NCBI GenBank assembly: GCA_965262915.1
Contig: OZ253564.1
Span: 1,664,001 to 1,728,000, forward strand
DNA length: 64,000 bases
Direction of reading: 5' to 3'
Source of the DNA: Candidatus Spongiisociaceae bacterium
Lineage (GTDB): Bacteria; Actinomycetota; Acidimicrobiia; Spongiisociales; Spongiisociaceae
Shown here: in pieces, positions 28,546-38,934 of the stretch
Layout of the letters: every line of letters begins with the position of its first letter
How positions within the stretch are numbered: position 1 is the first letter of the stretch
Notes under the pieces: model-generated
Seen by the model: only the letters and a program-made list of their open reading frames with translations
What the model was told of the DNA's origin: nothing
The model's database searches: none
Translations under genes and position numbers: made by a program

Positions 28546-29362
28546 CATTCACCTAGGTCCCCGTGGCGGAGACTGAGGGCGACGGGGTGACTTCCTCCCG
28601 GGTGTTCGTCCCGAGACTTGCCGGAACTCAGTGTCATGCCCCGAGTCTGGTGGGTCGCCGCAGCCGAGACTGGCCATGTGGTCGACCTCGGTGGTGGTCG
28701 TGTCGGTGTGTGGATCAGGGGTCGGCTTCCGGCGTGTGGTCCCGAATACAAAGACTACACGCCGCTGATTACAGGCAACTCCAGCGCGGGTGGACGGCCA
28801 GTGGATGGTCTCCTACTTCGCCTATTGCCGTATTCCGAGCCGCCTCGGTCCCGGCAAACAGATCTGCCCGAAGGATCCCCGCCCGCACATCGCTTCGGAG
28901 ACCGGAGTGCGGTCCGAGGGGTCCGGCACCTACGCCCCGTGGGACATATCGGACGCCGAGGCCGACGCTGTCCGCGATACCCCAGCCTGGTAGGGGGACG
29001 GGGAGGCGGCCAGGGTCTCGGTTCTTGTTGAAGTCAGCGATGTCAGCACCACCAGCCTGGACGGCTGCAACACCCCCCGGGAAGGGATGGAGGTTATCGA
29101 ACCGGCGGTGGCAAACGAGATTCGGATCAGGTCCGCCTAGACGCGAGTTGTACGCGACCTCACCCATTTCGGTCATGGTTTCTGTAGATCCGATATAGAG
29201 TGTTCTCCAATGGCGGCGATTTCGATATTGGGCAGTGGTTCCTCTTCCCACGACAGTCGACGGTGATGCGGATCGCGGCGAGCCGATCGGGCAGGAGACC
29301 GTCGTTGGTGTTTTCGGCCGTGGTTCGGTGCTGCGGTTGGGATCCGGCCCGGTGGTGCTGAG

Positions 29363-30184
29363 TTGAAGGCCACCGATCGTTGGCGGGCCGAGTTGGAGGC
29401 CTGGGTGATTCCCCAGAGCCTGCTTGACGCCGCAGAAGAGTCACCCTACGGGTGGGCGCCGTGCGTATGGGCACGCCTTTCCGCCGCTGCTCGCTCTGGA
29501 CCGCCCCCGATCACCTTCGAGATCGTCCGGGACTTGCTCGGCGAGCACGGTTCGGTGCTCGATGTCGGAGCGGGGAGGGGACGGGCCTCCTTGCCGCTGG
29601 CGGTGTTGGGTCATGACCTCACCGCTGTGGAGCCCGACACCGGAATGGCAGATGGTTTTGAAGAAGATGCGGCCCGACTCGGTGTTTCCGCCCGGCTGGT
29701 CCGGGGACGCTGGCCGGAAGCGGCGGGGGAGATCCCGGAGGCAGATGTTGTCATGTCGGCTCATGTCGTCTATGACGTACCGGGCATCGGCCCGTTTCTC
29801 GCCGCTCTCAACGACACCGCCCGGCGTGCCGTGGTAATCGAGATGACGGATCGCCACCCCCGAGTCGCCACGGCCCTCCTCTTCCGCGCCGTCCACGGTG
29901 TCGACCGTCCGGGAGGCCCGTCGGTTGACGATCTGGCTGCGGCGATCGTCGAGGAACTTGGCATCCGCCCCAATGTGGAGCGGTGGGAACGACCCGGGAC
30001 GATTTGGTTCGAGAGTTGGGATGAGATACTCGCCTTCTACGGGCGACGGCTGACCCTGCCAATAGCCCGACGCCCCGAGTTACGGCCCCTCCTGGAGTCG
30101 CAGGTCACCGAGAAGAACGGCCGGCTATACGTCGGGGACCGGGAGGGGCAACACTGCACCCTGTGGTGGCGTACTGATCAATGA
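29363..30184 (+). CDS. Class I SAM-dependent methyltransferase
   Basis: VLDVGAGRG, AVEPD, ADVVMSAHVVYDV. Confidence 0.85.
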   Translation: MKATDRWRAELEAWVIPQSLLDAAEESPYGWAPCVWARLSAAARSGPPPITFEIVRDLLGEHGSVLDVGAGRGRASLPLAVLGHDLTAVEPDTGMADGFEEDAARLGVSARLVRGRWPEAAGEIPEADVVMSAHVVYDVPGIGPFLAALNDTARRAVVIEMTDRHPRVATALLFRAVHGVDRPGGPSVDDLAAAIVEELGIRPNVERWERPGTIWFESWDEILAFYGRRLTLPIARRPELRPLLESQVTEKNGRLYVGDREGQHCTLWWRTDQ

Positions 30185-30430
30185 AAGCGCCGGACGCGCA
30201 GGGTCTGGCTACCAAATGGCAGTGTGGCGTGCGCCGGGGCTGGCATTCGTAGCATGGCCCGACGCCCGCCGATCAGGCATTCCCTGGATGAGCGATGGGC
30301 CAACCCTTTGCCCGTCTTGGGGCCCATTCCTAGGAGGGTGGTCAAAAACCCCTTAGCGGCCCGTCGACCGATGACATAATGCCTGTTCAGAGGAAGACGG
30401 GCCGTTGCTCCCCCCGTCTTACACACCTTC

Positions 30431-32890
30431 CTAGCCGGCTTGGTCGGCGAAGCGCCAGAACCGGGTCACCCCGGACGCAATGGCCAGGTCCCGCTCCCGG
30501 AAATCCTGGTCACTGCGGTAGCGGATCGTGAGTGACCACTGCCACACGCCGGGGAACGGCAATCCCCACACGCAGTCGACGTCGACGCGGTCACCCGGTT
30601 CGCAGTCGCCGCCCAGCCACTTCTCGTCCTCGGGGTTCCCGAGGCCGACCCGCTGCATCAGCCGGCGCCCGTCGGCCTCGACGGCAGCCCGCTGGTCCGA
30701 CGACATGGCCTGCCACTGGCGGTGCATCGCCGCTGACACCTGCCGGATATCCGACAGGTCGTTGTCGAACCAGGGGAACAACGGCCGTGCCGCCGAGATG
30801 ATCGCCGCCATCCGCCACTCGCAGCCCGTCGTGTCCGTCACGGCCAGGTCCTCATCCGAGGTCCACCACGGCCAGATGCGCGGGCTGCCCCCACCCACCC
30901 CGGGGTCGCCCGTCGTGATCAGGTAGCTGTCGCCGCCGGGTACGCCGCCGTGGGCGCCGGTCCGGGGGACGTCGGTACGCCACCCCACCGACTCGCGGAC
31001 GCGGGCTATCTGGTCGCTGGGAATCGTCCGGGAGCACGCGATAGCGTCCGGACCGGGCAGGACCTCGAAGGAGCAGTCGATGTCCTCCACGCCGTCGGGA
31101 CGGGGTGACGGCCGCAGCGTTCCCTCCCACAGCCCCTCGGCGGTCGGTGTCCCCGACAGCTCCTGCGCCCAGATCCCGCTCACTCGTCGGAACCGCATTC
31201 GCATCCCGTCCGGTTCGTCCCCCGACCAGATATGCACCGTCGCGCCGTCGGCCACCGGCAGGATCCGGGTGTAGGAATGCCCGACCGTGAACGTCCAATC
31301 GCAGATACCCGACCAGCCCGGCGGAGTCGCCTCCACCACATAGAACGTACACGTCGTCCGGGGCAGGTCGGCGTACGCCACCTCGTCGATCACCGCCGTC
31401 CAGGACACTGCCCAAGTGCCCTCCAACGCCGGTGACCCCCGCACCCGGTTCCCCTCCCGCGCCAGCCCGGGCGGCAGCGACCCCGACGAGTAACGATCCA
31501 CCCGCGGCCCCACCAACCGAGGCATCGCCAGGTCATAGTTCCGGTCAACCTCCAAGAAGAACTCACACACTTCGGGATTCCAACTGCCGGGGTCCACCAC
31601 GATCGTGCAGGGCGTCTCATACCTGGCTCGCCCCACCCGAGCAACGACCTTCCCCCTGTAAGAGCCGTGGGACAGCGCCGTGCCGTACAAGAACGCCTCT
31701 CCCTCACCCCGCCCGGAGAGTATCCCGCGAGGCCGACGCCCCGAGTACCGATGATCGTCGTCGATGCTCGATCCCAGGTAGAACGGCAGATAGATCTCCG
31801 GATACTCCCGGTCCCCGTAATACTCACCCAGCTCCAACTCCTCATAGCATGGACCCGACCAGCCCGAAGTCGTCTGCGGCTGAGTAGTGACCGTCGTGCC
31901 CTCCCGCACCCGGAACACGCACGCCAACGTCAGAGGGTCCCCACTCGACACCGACGCCGTGATCGTCCCACGAGACACCTGCAGCGAGTTACCGTTCGAC
32001 GTAGGCCGGCCGCTCAACGTCAGCGACGACGACCCCGACACCGACATCCCACCCGGCTGCGCTCCCGAATACGAATAGCCGGTCACCCTCGCATCCGAGT
32101 TCATCGGCAGCGCCTGCGAATACGACTGACCCACCTGGAAATCATACGAACACGTCCCGCTCCAATCCCCCGGCCCCGCCTCGGTCGTGGTCGTGACTTC
32201 CTCCCCCGCGGTGGTCGAGGTCGTCTCTGGGGTGTGGTCGTGCGGTACCCCCGCAGACCACCAGCCGCACCGGCGGCTACCCCCGATGTCGTACTGGCTC
32301 GGCCGCGTCGAAGAACTGCCGTACTCCACCGACTCCCCCCGAGGCGGACCCGTGTTCGTCGACCGGGTATGACCCTGGATCCCCGAACCCGGCAGAACGC
32401 ACCGAGACGGGCCCGGCCGGTTCCCGATCAGCACTGTCCGGTGTGCTTGATTGGTGAACACCCACTTGTAGACCCCTTCGGTGTAGGAATCGTGCCGGTT
32501 GCAGGTCGCGCCGGTGGGAGCGTCCGCGTTCGTCAGGGCTACCTGCTGGCCGTTCACCACGTTGGCGGGTTTCCACTCAGGGCGGGCAGCACAAGTATCC
32601 TGCGGACGCTCCCGCCACTCCCCAGTGTCCTCCCAGGCGTCGCAATCGCCTGTGTAGTGGTTGAAGCGGACACATCGCTGCTTGATGTAGCGGTTGTAGT
32701 GCCAGAACTGGTACTCGGTGAGCCTCGTCGTTGTCCCCCGGTTCCAGGTGAACTGATATACGGCTTCGTCGTGGCCTGTATGGGCGGCGCTGTCCGGTCC
32801 CGGGCCGAACAGCAGCACCAAGCCGAGCAGCACCGCGGCGGCCGCACCCGGTATCCAGACCTTGGGAGAGGCTAGGGTGCGGCGTGCCAT
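30431..32890 (-). CDS. Secreted/membrane-anchored protein with four Ig-like (He_PIG-like) repeats; putative adhesin
   Basis: N-terminal hydrophobic segment; four W-x2/3-C...(L)xG(T/S/R)P...C units; last gene of the Tad locus. Confidence 0.75.
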   Translation of the reverse strand: MARRTLASPKVWIPGAAAAVLLGLVLLFGPGPDSAAHTGHDEAVYQFTWNRGTTTRLTEYQFWHYNRYIKQRCVRFNHYTGDCDAWEDTGEWRERPQDTCAARPEWKPANVVNGQQVALTNADAPTGATCNRHDSYTEGVYKWVFTNQAHRTVLIGNRPGPSRCVLPGSGIQGHTRSTNTGPPRGESVEYGSSSTRPSQYDIGGSRRCGWWSAGVPHDHTPETTSTTAGEEVTTTTEAGPGDWSGTCSYDFQVGQSYSQALPMNSDARVTGYSYSGAQPGGMSVSGSSSLTLSGRPTSNGNSLQVSRGTITASVSSGDPLTLACVFRVREGTTVTTQPQTTSGWSGPCYEELELGEYYGDREYPEIYLPFYLGSSIDDDHRYSGRRPRGILSGRGEGEAFLYGTALSHGSYRGKVVARVGRARYETPCTIVVDPGSWNPEVCEFFLEVDRNYDLAMPRLVGPRVDRYSSGSLPPGLAREGNRVRGSPALEGTWAVSWTAVIDEVAYADLPRTTCTFYVVEATPPGWSGICDWTFTVGHSYTRILPVADGATVHIWSGDEPDGMRMRFRRVSGIWAQELSGTPTAEGLWEGTLRPSPRPDGVEDIDCSFEVLPGPDAIACSRTIPSDQIARVRESVGWRTDVPRTGAHGGVPGGDSYLITTGDPGVGGGSPRIWPWWTSDEDLAVTDTTGCEWRMAAIISAARPLFPWFDNDLSDIRQVSAAMHRQWQAMSSDQRAAVEADGRRLMQRVGLGNPEDEKWLGGDCEPGDRVDVDCVWGLPFPGVWQWSLTIRYRSDQDFRERDLAIASGVTRFWRFADQAG

Positions 32891-32910
32891 GTGTTCTCCT
32901 TCCCCGGGGG

Positions 32911-33978
32911 TTACCAGCCGGGGGTGGTGTTGACCCGGGTGCGCGTGGGATCGTCGGTCGGGTCATAAGCGGCGATCACATGCTCATTGGCCGTCACACG
33001 CGGTCGCGGGTCCGGAGGGCACGGATTAAGGGTTCCGCCGTGGTCCCTCACGAAGGGGATAGCAGCGTCGATGTACCGGCAGAAGCCCTGGTAGCTGATC
33101 TTCCACTCGCCGTCGACGTAGGTGAAGGGCACCACGTTCCACGCCCAGGCGAAGCTGCCGTCCTGCATCACCGTCCGGATGCGCACGTCGATACGGTCCG
33201 GGTCGTTCCACTGCGCCCCGTACAGCTCCACCCGCCGTGTGCTGCGGTTGTCAGCGTCGGCCCAGACGCTGGTCCACGCATCAAGGTCGTTGGCAGCTTC
33301 CTCCCCAAAGTACTGCTCAGCCGAGGTCTGCGACTCGGCGAACACCTGCGCTAGCAGGTGGCCGTCGCGGATCGTCGCCATTCGCTGCTCGTGGCTCCCT
33401 GCCCGCCAGGCGAGGAACTCTTTCCGTACCTCGTCGAGCACGCATTCGTCCCGCACCTTGAACCACTGGTGGTAGTTGCCGGGGCAGTCCCCGGTGGCTT
33501 CGGGGTCGGGGGCGGTGGTCGTCGGGTACTCGTAGGTGTGGCAGTGTTCCAATACGGCGTCGCCATGGTTGTGGCATACCTCACCGGTCTGCACCGCTTC
33601 GTCGTGATGCTCGTGCTCGCTCGCTTCCACCGGCGCCGCGGTGGTCGTGGTCGAGGTCGCCGCGGTGGTCGTGGGGACTTGGGTAGTGGTCGTGGGAGCC
33701 TGGGTGGTCGTAGTGGTCGGTTGGACGACCGCCACCGTCGTGGTCGTAGGAACCGTGGTGGTGGTCGTGGCACTCGTTGGCGTGTCGGCGGCCACCGACC
33801 CCGAGGAAGTGGTGGTTGCCGGGGTGATCCTTGCGGTTGCTACCACGGTGGGGGCCGGCGCTTCCCGCGTGGAAGGGCTACTGACCACGAAGTACGCCGC
33901 AACGAGGCCCCCAACAGCGAGGGCAACTGCGGCCACCAGGAGCCGGATACGCCTGCCGGGCTTGGTGGGGATGGTCAT
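32911..33978 (-). CDS. Membrane-anchored protein with Thr-rich stalk and His/Cys-rich motif
   Basis: TM helix, TTTTT tracts, EHEHHDE...CHNHGD...HCH; AAGGAG RBS. Confidence 0.75.
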   Translation of the reverse strand: MTIPTKPGRRIRLLVAAVALAVGGLVAAYFVVSSPSTREAPAPTVVATARITPATTTSSGSVAADTPTSATTTTTVPTTTTVAVVQPTTTTTQAPTTTTQVPTTTAATSTTTTAAPVEASEHEHHDEAVQTGEVCHNHGDAVLEHCHTYEYPTTTAPDPEATGDCPGNYHQWFKVRDECVLDEVRKEFLAWRAGSHEQRMATIRDGHLLAQVFAESQTSAEQYFGEEAANDLDAWTSVWADADNRSTRRVELYGAQWNDPDRIDVRIRTVMQDGSFAWAWNVVPFTYVDGEWKISYQGFCRYIDAAIPFVRDHGGTLNPCPPDPRPRVTANEHVIAAYDPTDDPTRTRVNTTPGW

Positions 33979-34135
33979 GGTGTGTCTCCTTCGCTCGCCC
34001 GGGCAGGTCTGTCCGAGCCCCCGTTTACCGAGGTACGCTCGGGTGGTGACAGGTCACGGTGGTTCCGCAGGAGCCAGGTGATCACCGACCGCGCCGCGGG
34101 TGAGCCAGGGCCGGGGAAGGCCGACGGGACGTATC

Positions 34136-34474
34136 TCAGGGCCCGCACGGGTCCACCGCTTCCACGTCGGCGCCGAGGGTGTCGGCGTCGAAGTACAGGG
34201 AGGCCTCCGCCGATGCGACCCCGAGGGGGAAGCGCCGGCGCGGCCCAAGGTCGGCGTGGACCTCGACAACGTTGTTGGGGTGCAGGCATGCCGACGGGGG
34301 TGGCCGGTCGCACACCAGGTCGTCGCCGCAGTCGGCCAGCAACCGCCGCATCTCGTGGGACGCTATCTCGTAGGCCAGTTCCTGGTCGTTGACCCAGTGC
34401 GTGTAGTCGGCCAGAAAGACCATCACTGCCACGATCATCCCGACGAGGTAGACGGAGACGACCGCGAACCTCAC
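34136..34474 (-). CDS. Tad minor pilin-like protein
   Basis: GTG start after AGGAGG; N-terminal hydrophobic helix; operon context. Confidence 0.6.
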   Translation of the reverse strand: MRFAVVSVYLVGMIVAVMVFLADYTHWVNDQELAYEIASHEMRRLLADCGDDLVCDRPPPSACLHPNNVVEVHADLGPRRRFPLGVASAEASLYFDADTLGADVEAVDPCGP

Positions 34475-34977
34475 CGTTCCTCCTGTAGCTGGCCGACAAG
34501 CGGGTCGGTTGCGGGCGCTTCTTCCACGATGGGCGGACCCTCCGCCAGCATCACCTGCGATGTTCGGGTGACCTGGGAGGCCATCGCGGGTATTGGCCCC
34601 GGCAGCGGCCGGCACACGACCGAGACCCGTACCCGGCTCAGGACCGGCGGAGTACCTGCCCAGTCGGTGTTGCCCTGGTATCGGGCCGGGTCGAGCCACG
34701 CCCCGTCCCGCCGGCTGTAGTAGTCGACGGTCACGGTGGGACGGTCGGCGCAGACCCACGCCGCCGACAGCACCGCGGCGGACGCCGCCGCCGAACCCGC
34801 CCGCGCGTCCGCAGGGGTCGCGTCGGCGGGGACTCCCGAGGCGGCGGCCAGCGCGCCCCGGTAGGTGGCCGTCTGGAGTTGCCGGCTGCGGTCGGCCCCC
34901 TCGACCACGGTCACCATTACCAGGATGCCGACCAGGATGGTCGGGACTGCAAGCAGCGCCGCTATAACCTCGTCCAC
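34471..34977 (-). CDS. TadE-like minor pilin
   Basis: DEVIAALLAVPTILVGIL...TATYRGALAAA. Confidence 0.65.
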   Translation of the reverse strand: MDEVIAALLAVPTILVGILVMVTVVEGADRSRQLQTATYRGALAAASGVPADATPADARAGSAAASAAVLSAAWVCADRPTVTVDYYSRRDGAWLDPARYQGNTDWAGTPPVLSRVRVSVVCRPLPGPIPAMASQVTRTSQVMLAEGPPIVEEAPATDPLVGQLQEER

Positions 34978-34978
34978 G

Positions 34979-35410
34979 TCAGGGTCCCTGCCCGCACACC
35001 GTCAGCACTCCCAGGCCCACTCCCGCCCGGGTCGGGGCGCAGCCGACCGCGTGGAAGGTACCCGCCCACCATCCGATGGTGACGGGCAGCACCTCCAGGC
35101 TGGTCAGCACGGTGCAGGTGGCGGTGTCGGCGCTAGCGGAGAAGCCGACGACCCGCAGGCGTTCGTTCCCCCGGAGGCGGTCGCCCGACGCGGCGGCGGC
35201 GGCGGCGGCATTGTCCCACGCCGGGTCGCCGGTCGTCGCAACGCAGTTCCAGCCGCTTCCGGCCAGCGCCGCCGCAGCCGCTCGGGCGGCTGAGCGGGCC
35301 GCAGAGCGGGCCTCGAGACCGCCCGTATATGCCATCATCACCGAGATCACCATCATCACGGTCGCTACCCACACCGCCCCCAGCTTGATCGCCGCTACCG
35401 CGGTGTCCAC
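34979..35410 (-). CDS. TadE-like minor pilin
   Basis: Hydrophobic N-terminus then ARSAARSAARAAA; GGAG RBS. Confidence 0.65.
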   Translation of the reverse strand: MDTAVAAIKLGAVWVATVMMVISVMMAYTGGLEARSAARSAARAAAAALAGSGWNCVATTGDPAWDNAAAAAAASGDRLRGNERLRVVGFSASADTATCTVLTSLEVLPVTIGWWAGTFHAVGCAPTRAGVGLGVLTVCGQGP

Positions 35411-35549
35411 GATCCGCTCCGGGCCCGGACGTACGGGCGACCCGTCTCCAGGAGGGTTGTCAGGAGCCCCCGGTTGGCCCGACGGTCGATGACAAAGTGC
35501 CACGCCGGCGGACGACGGGCTGACCATTCACGTGTTTTCGAGCGCCCTC

Positions 35550-35756
35550 CTAAGTGCATTTGTCACCCGTGGCGGCGGCGGTCCAGGTGCCACCGGCCGC
35601 GTCGCACACCGCCTTGGTGGTGATACCGCTGTACGGGTTGATATCTTCGATGTCCTCCTGGGCATTGGTGATCTGGGTCCACATGATGAACCCGACGGCG
35701 ATCATTCCGGCCACCGCCAGGGCAATGCTGAGAACAAGACTGATTGGTTTGTCCAT
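35550..35756 (-). CDS. Flp-like major pilin candidate
   Basis: 68 aa, single hydrophobic helix, strong AAGGAGG RBS, directly after tadC. Confidence 0.65.
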   Translation of the reverse strand: MDKPISLVLSIALAVAGMIAVGFIMWTQITNAQEDIEDINPYSGITTKAVCDAAGGTWTAAATGDKCT

Positions 35757-35780
35757 TCGACCCTCCTTGGTCTGTTTCGA

Positions 35781-36509
35781 TCACGGCCTGACGCCGGTGT
35801 TGACGGAGACGGCGATCCCGATCATCAGCACCACCACACCGAAGGCGACAACGATGGTGCCGAGGGCGCCGATGGTGCGTCCCAGCCGGTCGGTGCGCTC
35901 GGCCCCGGAGGCCGCGTACACGGCTATGGCCCGGTCCACCACGTGGTCGATGAGCGCGGTGGCGGCTGCTCCGCTTCGCTCCACGGTGTCGACCGTGCCC
36001 AGGAGCGTCTCGGCGGCGGACCCCCGGACCCGCCGGGCCGCCGCGGTCAACGGATCCCGGCCGCCCTCGAGAGCGACGGCGATCGCCGAAGCCACCGGGG
36101 TGAACGCTCGCTCGGTGGTCTGGTGGGCGGCTTCCACAGCGGCTTCGCGTATGGGGAGCCCTATAGCGGTGTACAGGCGTACCCTCCGGAGCCAGGAGTG
36201 GAGGGCGCCGGCCTGACGGCGGTGGTGGCTCTCGAGGACGATGTTCCGGAGTCGAGGGGGCAGCAGCAGCGGTACCCATGCCCCGAGCGCTACCGCGACG
36301 GCGGGAGCGGCCCGGGCGCCGGTGACGATCGTCATCCCGCCGAAGGTCGCAATGGCGACGATGGCTGCGCACCCCCATGAAACGGCAGTCACCATTGCCG
36401 GTGACCATCCGGCCGCGGCTAGGTCCTCGGCGTCGTGGTGGGTGGCTGGATCGGTGAGGATCAGAACCGCTCCGAGAGCCGCCAGCGACGCAACCGCAGC
36501 CCAGATCAT
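35781..36509 (-). CDS. tadC: TadC-like T2SS-F membrane protein
   Basis: TM segments, LYTAIGLPIREA, ERSGAA; ATGA coupling to tadB. Confidence 0.65.
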   Translation of the reverse strand: MIWAAVASLAALGAVLILTDPATHHDAEDLAAAGWSPAMVTAVSWGCAAIVAIATFGGMTIVTGARAAPAVAVALGAWVPLLLPPRLRNIVLESHHRRQAGALHSWLRRVRLYTAIGLPIREAAVEAAHQTTERAFTPVASAIAVALEGGRDPLTAAARRVRGSAAETLLGTVDTVERSGAAATALIDHVVDRAIAVYAASGAERTDRLGRTIGALGTIVVAFGVVVLMIGIAVSVNTGVRP

Positions 36510-37327
36510 GCCTTCACCGCCGCCGCTGCCGAAGCGAACACCGGGGCACACACCGCAGCGGACCCGGCCGCCGCGCCGAGGGTCACAAGCTGGCCGCCCG
36601 GACTGACCAGCCATTCCCCGAAGGAGGGCATCCACACCGCCATGCCCACGACGGTCCCGACCGAGAGGAGGAGGGCGACCGCGAGGGGCAGCATCTGGGC
36701 GGCTACCTTGCGGTGGAAATGCCGTGCCGCGTCGGCCTCCGCGGCTGCCAGGTCTTCGAGCGCGGACAGGACTTCGCTGACCTGACCGCTGCCGCGGCCC
36801 GCCGCGGCCAGGATGTCGGTGAGCCAGACCGAGGCGGTCACCGGTACTGTCTCCACGAACTCCCGGGCTGCGTCGGCTACCGCGCCCTGCTGGTACCCGG
36901 CGGCCAGTCTCTCGGTGGCGCCACCCACGCTCCCTCTCACCAGCGGGGCAGTTCGGGTGAGGGCTTCCCCGATGGTGGTAGCGGTGGTGGCCTGGTTGGC
37001 CAGCACGACGGTTAGGCGGGCTACCCGCTCGGTGCGGGTGGTGCGCAGGGCGCTGCGTGCCCGGATCGACAGTGCCCACACGCATACGCCATAGGTCATG
37101 ACCGCGGCCATGCCGAGGGCAGGACCCCAGCGGATGGCCACGACGCCCCCTATCGCGGCCGCTCCCGCCGGAGCGATGACGGTTCCCGGCCGGGTCTCCC
37201 GCACTGCCTGCCGGGCGCGGGCGGCTCTGAGAGCGAGCAGCGTGGGGACCGGGCGCCGTTCGGGGAGCAGCACGAGGACGAGACCTGCCATAGCCGAGGC
37301 GGTCACGATCCACCCGACCGGGTTCAT
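36506..37327 (-). CDS. tadB: TadB-like T2SS-F membrane protein
   Basis: TM segments, TIGEAL, GRGSGQVSEVLSAL; ATGA coupling to the ATPase. Confidence 0.7.
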   Translation of the reverse strand: MNPVGWIVTASAMAGLVLVLLPERRPVPTLLALRAARARQAVRETRPGTVIAPAGAAAIGGVVAIRWGPALGMAAVMTYGVCVWALSIRARSALRTTRTERVARLTVVLANQATTATTIGEALTRTAPLVRGSVGGATERLAAGYQQGAVADAAREFVETVPVTASVWLTDILAAAGRGSGQVSEVLSALEDLAAAEADAARHFHRKVAAQMLPLAVALLLSVGTVVGMAVWMPSFGEWLVSPGGQLVTLGAAAGSAAVCAPVFASAAAAVKA

Positions 37328-38934
37328 CCGTCCCTCCCCGCGTCTATGACTCTCAGTCCCCGGTCCCGGTAGTCGACCATATCGTCGAGGGACACCCCGA
37401 CCGCTCTGTATAGGGCGGCCACGACCGGGTTCTGCGGGAGTGCCACCGGGCGCGCCCACCGCCCGGATTCGAGCAGTTGCCACAAGCAGCCGGTGCGTAT
37501 CTGGCCGCCGGTCTCGTCGATGTCCACGACCTCGGTCACGTCGGCGATGACCCTCTCGTTGCGGTCGTTGCGCCCCAGCCAGACCAGCAGATGAACACCG
37601 GCCGCTATCTGGCGGCGGGCGTACTCCCCGGAAGCGCCCTCGGACGACGCGTAGGCGACCAGCTTCTCCAACACACCGGAACCGGGCGGCGAGTGCAGGG
37701 TGGCGAGACAACCATTCATGCCGGAGGACATGGCATCGAAGAGAGCCAGGGTGCCTTCCCCGCGGACCTCCCCCACGACGATCTTGGACGCGTTGCCCCG
37801 CTTGGCGTCGCGGATATGGTCGGTCATGGCCAGCTTGCCGATCCCGTCGGCGTTGGCGTCGCGGGTCAACCGCTCGAACGTCATCCGATGGAGCCCGTAA
37901 TCGGCCAGCCGCAGCTCCGGGGTGTCCTCGATCGTGTCCACCCGCTCGTGAGCAGGTGTATGCGCCAGCAGCGCCTGCAGCAGCGTGGTCTTTCCTCCGC
38001 TCATCGTCGCGGCGACGATCGTGTTGGCGCGGCGGGTCCCGGCGACAGCACCCACCAGGAGGCTGTTCAGACGGTGGTCGGCGAAGCCGAGTTGCTCCAG
38101 GGTAAGCCGCCCGCCCATGTTGGCCCGCAACGCCAGGTACATGGGGCGCACGACGAACCCCTCGGCGTGGAGCCGCCAGCGGTCCTTGAGGTTCATGTCG
38201 AGGCGTGGGTGTTGCTCGTCGAAACGGTGGGGCCGGCTACCGCCGAAGGTAGCGAGGAACTTGATCGCCTCCTCCAGCGAGTGGTCGTCGGCGAACGGGG
38301 ATTCCCGGTCCTCTCTCCGCCCGTCGGAGTATTGGACCTGCATCCGCCCGCCGCCGAAGACCTGGTACTCCTCGACATCCTCGATGTCCATCAGTTCTCT
38401 CAGGAGGTCCTCCGCCTGCTGGCGTGCTCCGGCCCGGTGCGTGGCGGCGTCGCCGGCCTCGAACCGGCGGGGCTGCACTGCGTAGACCGCCAGCGACTTG
38501 CCCATGCGGTTCAGCAGCCGCACGGCGCGGCGGTGCGGGGCGGGGCGGATATTGCGCATCTGGCTGACCCCGGCTGTGGCGGCCAGCAGGTCCAGGCTCT
38601 CGGCGGGTTCGTCGGTGACCGAGACCACGACGATCGGCACCTTCCACCCCGACCCGTTGTCCAGATTGAGCCAGGGCCGCACTCCCTGGGCGTTGCCTTC
38701 CGTGATGAGTACGACCGCAGCGGCGGACGCCGCCGTCGCCAGCATCCGGTCGCGGTCGGTGTCGGAGCGGAGGGTGACCACCTGGCCGCCGCCGGCGGTG
38801 CGGAGGGTCTCGTCGCCCAGGTGCTCCACCACCGTGACCTCCCGCGCCCTCCGGCGTATCCCCTCGGTGAGGCTTCGGGTGGTCCAGTTCCTCACGTCGC
38901 CGGCTAGCCCCTTGTCCTGGATGACCAGCAGCAC
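37324..38934 (-). CDS. cpaF: CpaF/TadA pilus assembly ATPase
   Basis: AATMSGGKTTLL, TIEDTPEL, IVVGEVRGEG, GCLATLHS. Confidence 0.9.
   Translation of the reverse strand: MLLVIQDKGLAGDVRNWTTRSLTEGIRRRAREVTVVEHLGDETLRTAGGGQVVTLRSDTDRDRMLATAASAAAVVLITEGNAQGVRPWLNLDNGSGWKVPIVVVSVTDEPAESLDLLAATAGVSQMRNIRPAPHRRAVRLLNRMGKSLAVYAVQPRRFEAGDAATHRAGARQQAEDLLRELMDIEDVEEYQVFGGGRMQVQYSDGRREDRESPFADDHSLEEAIKFLATFGGSRPHRFDEQHPRLDMNLKDRWRLHAEGFVVRPMYLALRANMGGRLTLEQLGFADHRLNSLLVGAVAGTRRANTIVAATMSGGKTTLLQALLAHTPAHERVDTIEDTPELRLADYGLHRMTFERLTRDANADGIGKLAMTDHIRDAKRGNASKIVVGEVRGEGTLALFDAMSSGMNGCLATLHSPPGSGVLEKLVAYASSEGASGEYARRQIAAGVHLLVWLGRNDRNERVIADVTEVVDIDETGGQIRTGCLWQLLESGRWARPVALPQNPVVAALYRAVGVSLDDMVDYRDRGLRVIDAGRDG

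Noticed and set aside
28560-29350. Several overlapping ORFs at the island's right boundary
   Set aside because: None gives a recognisable protein; probably decayed sequence, so left uncalled.
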